Below are positions 45,716 through 54,300 of a stretch of DNA of 64,000 bases, in pieces. Position 1 is the first letter of the stretch. Each line of letters begins with the position of its first letter. The translations under genes and the position numbers were made by a program. This DNA is from a virus. Under the pieces are notes generated by a model. It did not search any database and was not told the DNA's origin. It worked only from the letters and a program-made list of their open reading frames with translations. The stretch is from the IMG/VR virus record IMGVR_UViG_3300045974_000100, positions 1 to 64,000 of that record. One strand, written 5' to 3'.

Positions 45716-46699
45716 ATGCCTACGTCACCGTTCCAGAGCGACCTGCACGTCAACGCCCCGTTGACCAACGTGTCGATCGCCTACATCCAGTCTTCGGACG
45801 TCTACATCGCGGACAAGATCTTCCCCAAGGTCCCTGTCCAGAAGCAGACCGACGTCTACTGGAAGTACAGCAAGTCCGATTGGCGTCGTTCGGACGCTCA
45901 GCTTCGTGCTCCTGGCACTGAGTCCGCAGGGACCGAGTGGAAGAACACGACTGACGTCTACAGTGCCAAGGTTTACGCCTTGCACCACGACATCGACGAC
46001 CAGACGCGCGCCAACGCGGACAGCAACTTCCACCTCGACTCCGACGCGACTGAGTTCATCACGAACCAGATGCTTCTCAAGCGCGACATCGACTGGACGA
46101 CCAAGTACTTCCAGCCTGGTGTGTGGGCGAACAACAAGGTGGGAACGACGGACTTCACCCAGTGGGACGCGGCCGGGTCTGACCCGATCGACAACGTCAC
46201 CGACTGGATCCTGCAGTTCCGTCTGCTCACCGGCTACACGCCGAACAAGATGATCATGGGCGCGCAGGTGCTGAAGAAGTTGAAGCAGCACCCGGACATC
46301 CTCGACCGCATCAAGTACACCCAGAAGGGCATCGTCACAGTTGACCTGTTGGCGACACTCTTCGAGGTGCCCGAGATCTACGTTCCGTACGCCACCAAGG
46401 CGAACACGATCGAGTTCCCGGATGCTGTCACCCAGGACGCCGCGGCGACCTACTCGTTCGTGTCGGACTCCAAGAGCGTGCTGCTCTGCTACGCGCCGAA
46501 GTCTCCTTCGCTGCTCACCCCGTCGGCTGGCTACACGTTCACGTGGAACGGCTACCTCGGTGGCAACAAGGAAGGCATCCGCGTGAAGCGCTTCCGTCAC
46601 GAACTGATCGAAGCCGACCGCGTCGAAGCTGCCATGACCTACGACATGAAGGTCGTTGCGGCAGACATGGGTTGGTTCGCCAGCGCAGTTGTCGCGTAA
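45716..46699 (+). CDS. Major capsid protein (HK97 fold)
   Basis: DLHVNAPLTNVSIAY, IADKIFPKVPV, RAPGTES, SDPI, PNKMIMG, LKQHPDI, PSAGYTF. Confidence 0.9.
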   Translation: MPTSPFQSDLHVNAPLTNVSIAYIQSSDVYIADKIFPKVPVQKQTDVYWKYSKSDWRRSDAQLRAPGTESAGTEWKNTTDVYSAKVYALHHDIDDQTRANADSNFHLDSDATEFITNQMLLKRDIDWTTKYFQPGVWANNKVGTTDFTQWDAAGSDPIDNVTDWILQFRLLTGYTPNKMIMGAQVLKKLKQHPDILDRIKYTQKGIVTVDLLATLFEVPEIYVPYATKANTIEFPDAVTQDAAATYSFVSDSKSVLLCYAPKSPSLLTPSAGYTFTWNGYLGGNKEGIRVKRFRHELIEADRVEAAMTYDMKVVAADMGWFASAVVA

Positions 46700-46708
46700 G
46701 GACTGACC

Positions 46709-46981
46709 ATGAGCTACAAGACCACGACGGCAGTCATCAAGGCCATCAAGCCGCTTCGGTTGTCCAACGGCGCCAACATCGCCATCGGTGCAACCTTGAC
46801 GACGGCTCAGGTGCAACTGCTGGGTCGCAAACTTGGCGCTCTGATCAACGGCGGTTACGTGTCGGTCACCCCTGACCCGTACGGCCGTGACATGTACACG
46901 ACAGCGGTTCACAAGTGCAACCCTGGCCCGACGCATCTTTCGCCTGCTTTGGTGAAGATCGCTCGGGGTGGGGTCGCGTGA
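46709..46981 (+). CDS. Hypothetical head protein
   Basis: AAGGA SD; follows the MCP. Confidence 0.65.
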   Translation: MSYKTTTAVIKAIKPLRLSNGANIAIGATLTTAQVQLLGRKLGALINGGYVSVTPDPYGRDMYTTAVHKCNPGPTHLSPALVKIARGGVA

Positions 46982-47250
46982 CGACGAAGGCCGCGGGTCC
47001 CAGTACAACTGGGGCCCCGGCCCGTCACTCGTTGTCTCCCCGCGAGGAGCGGGTGGAGTTGTTGGCTAAGGCGCAGGCCCGGTCGTCTCGATTGCCTAAG
47101 GGCGTCCACTACGTGGCGTTGGCGAACTTGCAGATGCCTGATGGTTCGGTGCGTCGGAAGGGTTCGCTGGTTCCTGAGGCGAACTCGTGGGGTCGTGTTG
47201 AGGGCTATGTGCGGGCCGGTCAACTGGCGGTTGTGCACGGCACGAAGTAA
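46978..47250 (+). CDS. Hypothetical protein
   Basis: GTGA coupling; basic. Confidence 0.55.
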   Translation: MTTKAAGPSTTGAPARHSLSPREERVELLAKAQARSSRLPKGVHYVALANLQMPDGSVRRKGSLVPEANSWGRVEGYVRAGQLAVVHGTK

Positions 47251-47262
47251 CGGAGGCTCACT

Positions 47263-47772
47263 GTGACGTCGACGTTCTCGTACTCCGGTGATCCGTCCTT
47301 CAGCGACAACGACCAGGTCCGGTATTGGCTGCAAGATGTCTACGCGGACCGGCCGCTGTTCTCCGATGAGGAGATCGCCTTCGAGTTCAGCCTCTACAAG
47401 GACAAGTACGCCCTCCCGCAGCTGTACACCGCTGGCCAGTTGGCTCGGACGATCTGTGCCCGGTGGGCGCGCGAGGTCGCTGTGTCTGCTGATGGCGTGT
47501 CAGTGGCGTTGTCTGCTCTGCTGACCCAATACCAAACCCTTGCCACGGTGTTGTGTGACCGGTGGGCGCAGATGGACTCCGAGGGTGTGGTCGATTGGAC
47601 TCGCCTCACTGACCTCAACATCCCGGACTACACGATCGACCCGCTTCAGGTGGGCATTGGGTGGACGGACAGTCGTCTGGCTGGGCAGCAGCATTGGGGT
47701 TACATCGGCGAGGGTGGCCCGTTCCATGGCTTCGAACCGGAGTTCCTTACTCCTGGTGGGGAATGGGGGTAA
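47263..47772 (+). CDS. Head-tail adaptor
   Basis: FSYSGDP...DQVRYWLQD...LFSDEEI. Confidence 0.8.
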   Translation: MTSTFSYSGDPSFSDNDQVRYWLQDVYADRPLFSDEEIAFEFSLYKDKYALPQLYTAGQLARTICARWAREVAVSADGVSVALSALLTQYQTLATVLCDRWAQMDSEGVVDWTRLTDLNIPDYTIDPLQVGIGWTDSRLAGQQHWGYIGEGGPFHGFEPEFLTPGGEWG

Positions 47773-47775
47773 CCC

Positions 47776-48273
47776 GTGTCGGTTCCTATGCCTGAACGGG
47801 TGACTGGGGTCGCGTTGGCCACTCAGGTGGCACGCTCCTACGCCACGAACAACATGGTGTCTGCGATCCGTGTGGAGCGTATGGCGCAACAGCCCCTTGA
47901 TCCGGTGGATAAGTCGCAGCCGATCGTGGCTATTGCGACCTTGTATGAGGGTCCTGCGCGGATCGCGGCAATCAACGGCCCGGACGTCATCATGCTCGGT
48001 GGTGGCCCTCAGGTGTTTTCCGCCGGCTACATGTCGATCCCGTTGGGTGAGGACGGTATCCGGGTGGGTGACATTGCTACAGTCACGTCGCACCAGGATC
48101 CGATGCTTGTGGGCCGGTGCTTCCGCGTCACTGATGTGCAAACGGGTACGTGGATCGCTGCGGTGCGCCGCATGCAGGTGCTGGGCATTGACCGGTCCGA
48201 GTTTACGACCTCTGTGCCTGACCCGATGCCGTCTGATCCGGCTCCCATCCCTGCGTCTTGGCTTGACCTATGA
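47776..48273 (+). CDS. Head closure / stopper (DUF6093-like)
   Basis: LYEGPARI...SIP...IRVGD..TV...DPMLVGRCFRVTDV. Confidence 0.75.
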   Translation: MSVPMPERVTGVALATQVARSYATNNMVSAIRVERMAQQPLDPVDKSQPIVAIATLYEGPARIAAINGPDVIMLGGGPQVFSAGYMSIPLGEDGIRVGDIATVTSHQDPMLVGRCFRVTDVQTGTWIAAVRRMQVLGIDRSEFTTSVPDPMPSDPAPIPASWLDL

Positions 48274-48554
48274 CCGGGCCACGTGAGCATGCTCGTCAGA
48301 TGCAACAGTTCGCTGACGCGTTGCCGCAGGTGCAGGCCGCTGCTGTGGCTGCAGGCCAACTGCAAGCCGAGCAGCGAGGTATGGGCGTGTCGGTGTCCGG
48401 TGACAGGCTCACCATCACCTCGGCGATGCCGAAACTCACCTTCACCGGTAAGGGCACCCCGAAGGTCGCGGCCGCGCATAACGTCCCGGAGCGGGCGATC
48501 GCTGAAGCCATGGGCAAGGCCGGGTCTAAGAAGATCTCGGAGATGACCCAATGA
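48270..48554 (+). CDS. Neck-region protein
   Basis: Position; ATGA coupling. Confidence 0.6.
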   Translation: MTGPREHARQMQQFADALPQVQAAAVAAGQLQAEQRGMGVSVSGDRLTITSAMPKLTFTGKGTPKVAAAHNVPERAIAEAMGKAGSKKISEMTQ

Positions 48555-49021
48555 TCGACGCCGGTGCGTTCACCTCGTACCTGATCACGTTCCTGGGAGC
48601 GAACACCACGGACGTCCTCATCGGCGACGGAGTGACTCCCAAAGGCGGAGGTCCGCTCAAGGGTCAGCCGGGGGTGGAGGGTTTCGCGCCGTACATCGTC
48701 CTCATGCCCACTCGCATCGTGCAGGACGGCCAGGACATTCTTGGGGCTTCGCTGGCGTGGCGGCTCACGTACTCCTATGAGGTATTCGGTGGGTCCCGTA
48801 AACAGTGCGACGCCATCCTCACCGACTGCCGGGAGGCGTTGGATGAACTGTTGGTGTTGAAGTTCCAGGTTCCTGGCACGGGCACGCAGCACTGGGGTGG
48901 CAATTCGTTGAACTGGCGTGAGTGGGGTTCCCCAGCCCGAGATGACTCAACCCAGCCTTATTCCTTCCGGGCGGTGGACAGTTTCACCCTGTTCGCAGCG
49001 ATTACCGGCGAATCGGTCTAG
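48551..49021 (+). CDS. Tail terminator
   Basis: IGDGVTP...PYIVL pattern; position before the major tail protein. Confidence 0.7.
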   Translation: MIDAGAFTSYLITFLGANTTDVLIGDGVTPKGGGPLKGQPGVEGFAPYIVLMPTRIVQDGQDILGASLAWRLTYSYEVFGGSRKQCDAILTDCREALDELLVLKFQVPGTGTQHWGGNSLNWREWGSPARDDSTQPYSFRAVDSFTLFAAITGESV

Positions 49022-49065
49022 AGCGCACTACCCTTCCAAATAGGTTCCCAACTTAGGAGTCACCG

Positions 49066-49920
49066 ATGGCACGCATCATCCCGAACGCGAACACGTGGAT
49101 CGGCCTTCTTTCGGCGGATCCGTCTTCAGCCACGTACGCGGCAGACCTTGCAGTGGTCACTGTCGCCCTGGCGAACAAGGCGAACCCGACGGTTGCGGAC
49201 CTCACTGCGTCGCACAACATCACCCACTCGATTCAGGGCATTGACCCGAACGTGACGGGCAACATTCTCCCCACACCGGCTCTGGACAAGTTGTTCGAAG
49301 AGTCGATGATGGGCACGTCGAGCGGTTCGATCACGGGCGAGATGTACCGTGACGACGTCGACGACTACGCCTGGACTCACTTGAAGAAGGGCACAGTCGG
49401 CCTGATCTACATCAGCCGCTTCGGCACCGCTGGTCTTCAGCCCGTCGCTGGTCAAACCGTGGAGGCCTGGCCGTTCCAGGTGTCGGCGCGTACCGCCCAG
49501 GGCCTGGCCAACAACACGGTGCAGACGTTCCAGTTGAACGCCGCTGTCCCGTCCGAGCCGATGATCGACGTCACTGTTGTGGCGACTGCGCTCACCGTTC
49601 CGTCCGCGCCTCTCAACCTGGTTGCGGCGAAGGAAGCCACTGGCGTTCTGGTCCTGGACTGGGATGCTCCTGGCTACAACGGTGGTTCGGCCATCACCGG
49701 CTACGAGATCTGGGGCATCAACGCCACTGGTTCTGGTGCTCTCACCTCGGCTGGTCCGTTCACCACGAAGCTCACGTCGGGCTTCACCCAGCCGACCGGT
49801 TCAACCACGGCCCGCATCACAGCCCCCGCTGCCGGTGTCTTCAACTGGTACGAGGTCAAGGCCGTCAACGCCCAGGGTTCCTCGGCGTTCTCCACCCCGG
49901 CTGGCGCCAACTCCGCCTGA
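49066..49920 (+). CDS. Major tail tube protein with C-terminal FN3 domain
   Basis: Tube-like N-terminus (PTVADL...RD...G..G.I.ISRFG...VEAWP); VPSAP.NL...WDAP.YNGGSAITGY...YEVKAVNAQG. Confidence 0.88.
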   Translation: MARIIPNANTWIGLLSADPSSATYAADLAVVTVALANKANPTVADLTASHNITHSIQGIDPNVTGNILPTPALDKLFEESMMGTSSGSITGEMYRDDVDDYAWTHLKKGTVGLIYISRFGTAGLQPVAGQTVEAWPFQVSARTAQGLANNTVQTFQLNAAVPSEPMIDVTVVATALTVPSAPLNLVAAKEATGVLVLDWDAPGYNGGSAITGYEIWGINATGSGALTSAGPFTTKLTSGFTQPTGSTTARITAPAAGVFNWYEVKAVNAQGSSAFSTPAGANSA

Positions 49921-49931
49921 TCCCCGCAGAC

Positions 49932-49973
49932 CACAGCGCCCTCACTGCTCCCGAGATCGGTGGGGGCGTTGTG
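49932..49973 (+). terminator. Stem-loop after the major tail gene
   Basis: CACAGCGCCCTCACTG...CGGTGGGGGCGTTGTG imperfect inverted repeat. Confidence 0.55.
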
Positions 49974-50003
49974 CTGTCTGGATAACGGTGGGAGGCTCAG
50001 GGT

Positions 50004-50420
50004 GTGACAACACGACAGATCGATCCTGAACTCGTCACACGATGGGTTCGACACGCTGAGCGGTACTCCGAGAAGGACTTGCTCATTGCTTTGTACGTCC
50101 ACACACGATCGTTGGAGATCCGCATGACTGACCTCGAAACTGCTGTAGCCGACCTTCAGACCGCCGTTGCTGGCGTTGCTGACCGTGTCGGCCCCACCGT
50201 CGATGCCCTCAAGCAGGCCGTCGCTGATGCCCAGACCGCTCTCGACAACGCGAACTCGGCTGATGCCGTAGAGGACGCTGCTGCCGCCCAACAGATCGCT
50301 GACCTGCAGGCGGCTCTCGATGCTCTCACCGCAGCTGGCACGACCGCGGCCACGGCCATCGAGGCCAACGTCGCGTCCCTCAACACGATCGCAGCGCCGG
50401 CGGCACCGCCTGTCGCATGA
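50004..50420 (+). CDS. Ala-rich coiled-coil protein
   Basis: Heptad repeats; starts at 50004 (GGGAGG SD) or at MTDLE (~50124, GGAG SD). Confidence 0.7.
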   Translation: MTTRQIDPELVTRWVRHAERYSEKDLLIALYVHTRSLEIRMTDLETAVADLQTAVAGVADRVGPTVDALKQAVADAQTALDNANSADAVEDAAAAQQIADLQAALDALTAAGTTAATAIEANVASLNTIAAPAAPPVA

Positions 50421-50491
50421 ACTCGACCCTGATCACGGTTCTTGTCGTGGTCGCAGTAATCGCGTTAGTGATCTGGATCGTCAGACGCTGA
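50417..50491 (+). CDS. 24-aa single-TM microprotein
   Basis: MNSTLITVLVVVAVIALVIWIVRR; ATGA overlap with the upstream gene; not in the ORF track. Confidence 0.6.
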   Translation: MNSTLITVLVVVAVIALVIWIVRR

Positions 50492-50590
50492 TGTAGCGCC
50501 TTCGCCCCTGGTTCCTTCATTGGTTCCGGGGGCGTCGTGCTGTCTGGAGTAGTGTCTGGCCTGTAGAACCGCTCACTACAGGAGGAAGCA

Positions 50591-50986
50591 ATGCCCCCAC
50601 GCGCCAAGTCGTTCTCATTCGAGGACTTCATCTCCAAGCCGATGCGCAACCGCACGTACACGATGGACTCCGGTGACAACAAGATCACGGTGAAGGTTCA
50701 GGCCATCGGGTCGAAGGCGTGGGAAGCGCTCATCGCCGAGCACCCGGCCCCCAAGGGTCAGAAGCAGGAACCCAACGAGGGCCCGACCCCATGGGACAAG
50801 GACACGTTCCCGGCCGCTCTCATCTCGGCGTGCGTTGTGGAACCGGCCATGACCGTGGAGCAGGCCCAGCAGGTATGGGATTCGGACAATTTCTCCCTCG
50901 GTGAGAAGCGGGACCTGTTCCAGGCGTGCATCGGCATCTGCCAGGACGGCCTCGATATCCCTCTTCAGAAGCCGGCTGCGGGCTGA
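50591..50986 (+). CDS. Tail assembly chaperone
   Basis: AGGAGG SD; AIG...WEALIAEHP...FPAALISACVVEP; position. Confidence 0.85.
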   Translation: MPPRAKSFSFEDFISKPMRNRTYTMDSGDNKITVKVQAIGSKAWEALIAEHPAPKGQKQEPNEGPTPWDKDTFPAALISACVVEPAMTVEQAQQVWDSDNFSLGEKRDLFQACIGICQDGLDIPLQKPAAG

Positions 50987-51338
50987 CCCCACCTTCTATC
51001 TGGAAATGTCGTGGTGCACTGACCATGGCCTTCCGCATTCGGCGTTGTTTGAGTGGGAACAGGCAGACCGCGGCAAGTTGATCGCGTACCTCATGGAGTC
51101 GTCCTCCCGGTGCCAGACCTGTGGCACATCACCGTGGGAGTGGGACGAGATGACGAACAACCTCAACGCCCCGTATCTGCCTGTTCACACGACGTGTATG
51201 GGCTGCCAGATGCTCGAGCAGGCTCGGACGTCGAATGAGGAGTTGCCAGCGGGCACCCGCGTAGTGTTGGAACCGGCGGAAAAGGCTGCGGTGATCTTGG
51301 CTGAGAAGGATCGACGGATGGCCCAAGCCCGACGGTAG
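50943..51338 (+). CDS. Tail assembly chaperone, downstream ORF
   Basis: RLRADPTFYLEMSWC..HGLPHS...W...DR...C.TCG...W; precedes the tape measure; start unresolved. Confidence 0.75.
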   Translation, partial: RTASISLFRSRLRADPTFYLEMSWCTDHGLPHSALFEWEQADRGKLIAYLMESSSRCQTCGTSPWEWDEMTNNLNAPYLPVHTTCMGCQMLEQARTSNEELPAGTRVVLEPAEKAAVILAEKDRRMAQARR

Positions 51339-51347
51339 GAGGTTGGC

Positions 51348-54300
51348 GTGTTCGATCAGGACGTCACGACTACGTTCAATGCGGACATGTCGGGCTACTC
51401 GGCCTCTCTGCACCAAGCCATTGCCCTGTCCAACCAGTACGCCGACTCCGCGGACACGATGCTGGGGTCCCTCGGCAAGTTGAACATCGCGTCGTCTCTG
51501 CTGATCAAGTCGTTCGCGGGCCTGACGCAGTCGAACAAGATGGCCACATCCCAGGCCGCTGCCTACCAGCAGATGCTCGAGGGCGTCAGTGCGACGGCTT
51601 TGGCGGCCGGTCAGTCCATCACTGGGGTACAGAACGCCACGTTGAAGTTGGCCCGCTCGTACCCGATCGGTATGGGTCAGGCCGTCGCTCAGACCAAGCA
51701 GTTGCAGCAGTCCGGTGTGGTGACGGCTAAGGCGATCCAGCAGCTCGGTGTCGAGTTCACGAAGTTGGGTGCTGCCACTGGCACGTACGGCCCGGCGTTG
51801 GGTGACTCGTTCCTGCAGTTGACCCGGACGATGGGTAACTCGATCAACCAGGTCGGCAAACTGGGCGACTCGTTGACCTCGGTGACGGCCAAGTACGGCG
51901 CCAGCGCTGCCTCGGTGGTCCAGTTCTCCAAGGCCATCGCTCCGGTCGCGTCGATCGCCGGCATGACTCAAACCCAGGTCATGGGTATCTCCACCGCCTT
52001 CTCCCGGCTCGGTGATGACGGGTACCGCGCGGCAAACGCGTTCAACAAGATCGTCCTGGATATGACGCGGTCGATCACGTACGGCACCCCTGAGGTGAAG
52101 TCCTACGCTTCCGCGCTGAACATGACCACGGACCAGATGACCCGGTTGTTCAAGACCGATCCGTCGGCGTTCATCGTCAAGTTCACCAACACCATCAACA
52201 CCCAGGGTGTGAAGTCGATCAAGACCTTGGACCAGTTGGGCTTCGACGGCCTGAACACGTTCAAGGCGATCCAGACGTTGGCGAAGTCCGGGGACCTGCA
52301 GGCTGTCATCAACACGTCGGTGTCGTCGTTCGGTAACGGGTCGACGAACAAGGCCGCCGGCGAAGCCATGGGCGGGGTCAACGACAAACTGTCCAAGTTG
52401 CAAGAGAACATGAGCCAGACGGTCGCCGCTACCGGTAAGCCGTTCCTTGGCTACATGGGCAGCGTCTTGGATGTGGCGAACAGCCTGTCTGAGGCCGTCA
52501 ACAAGATCGCTACTTCTCCGCTGGCTCAGACGTTGCAGACGTGGGGTGCGGGTTTCAAGTTCGTCGCTACTGCCGCCATGCACCTGGTCACAGCGATGAC
52601 GTTGATCGGTATGGGCCGCGGCATCGGTATGAAGATCGGCGCCTCGGGTATGGCTGCGAACTTCATGAGCGGGTTCCGCAACCCTGAACTGGCCCGGTCC
52701 GGTGGCATGGTCTCCGGGATGGGCGGCATAGCTGCGATGCCTCTCATGGCATATCGCAATGCCGGCGGTGGTCCTGGTGTGTTCCGCATGGGTGGCCGGA
52801 TGGCGATGAACACCTCGTCGATGTTGATGATGGCCAACGCGAACATGATCAACGGCGGCTGGGGTAAGGGCTCTGTGGTGGGTGCGCAGCGGATGCGTGC
52901 TGCTGAAGATGTGGCGCACTACCAGCAGACCGGCATGTGGCCTGTGCGGCAGACCGCCGCCAACCCGGTCCTCACTCCGTACGCACCTGGCATGGCTCCG
53001 GCTGAGGGCGAAATCATCGGCGGTCAGAAGGTCACCAAGTGGCAGGCCGCTGAACTGCGGTTACGGCAGCAGGGTGTGGTGGCCAAAGAAGGCTTCATGG
53101 GTGAGCATTCGGTGCGGAACTTCGGCCGGGCGTTCGCCTACCAGGGTGCTGCTACCGGCATGGCTGGCGCTCGCATCGCTGGTTCGGGTCTCAAGGGCAT
53201 TGGTATGGCCGCTGGGATGCTCACTGGGTTGCCGCTTCCTGCGGTAGGTGCGGTGGCCGGTATCGGTGCTGCGGCCTATGTCGGGGACAAGTTGTACCGC
53301 GACGCCCAGCAGAAGGCCGCTGATATCCGTTCGATCGCCACTGCGCAGACGGTGAACACGGCGTTCAACAACTTCGCTGAGAAAGCCGGTACCGCCACCC
53401 GCAGCCTCACAAGCTTCTCCACGATCGTCACCGAATCGACGATGAAGTTGGCGAACCAGTCGACGACATGGTCACAGGCTGGAAAGCTGTCAGCTGCTCA
53501 GTTGTCCTCGGCTAAGCAACCGTCCTACAAGGCGTCCTACACGACTCCGAAGGGTGTGTACGGTTCGACCGACGTCGCCACCTGGATGGGGTTGATGTTG
53601 GGTCCGAACCCGACAGCTCCGGAAGTGTCCAAGGTCGGTCAGGACATTGCTGCGCGTACTGGTCAGGGCCCTGATGTGGCGCAGGCGGCGTTGGCGAAAC
53701 TGACGGGTCAAGGCACCGGCTACAGGGGTGTGGACCTTGGCTCTATGAGTGGGACGATCGGCCGGCTGGAAGGTAACCAGGGCCTGTCGACGAAGTTCTA
53801 CAAGCAGGTCGGTGAGTACGGGCGCAACGCTCAAGCCCAGGCGCAGCAGACCTACGGCGACAAGGCGTCCTCTGGGGTGGGCTTCTCTCAGGGCGCCCAG
53901 TTGTTGAAGTCGATCGTGGCTGCTGAGCGTGCCGGCAAGTTGGGTATCAACTCACGTAAGCAAGGTTTGGCGCAGGTCGCGGCGTTCATGGGGTTGGACA
54001 AGACCGGCCAGCAGCAGTTGCAGGACGCGTACCAGGAGTCTCGAGCGAACTTGGTCGTCGGCCAGGAAAGCAAGTACAACTTCTCCCTCGGCAACGTCCG
54101 GTCGGGTCTGTCGGGCACGTCCCGGTCGACGTTCGACGCGAACAAGGGCTACACCAGTCAGGGTGGCTATGCGGCTAACCCGGCGTCGTTCGCTGAACTG
54201 ACCTCGGATGCGAAGACGGCCATGTCGACGGTGGTGAACTTCGCCAACGTGTTCGGCAAGCAGGGCGCGAAGGTGTCCAACGCTATGGGCGCGATCGCCT

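Noticed and set aside
51129-52919. 596-aa minus-strand ORF
   Set aside because: Antisense to the tape measure gene; H/R-rich shadow composition
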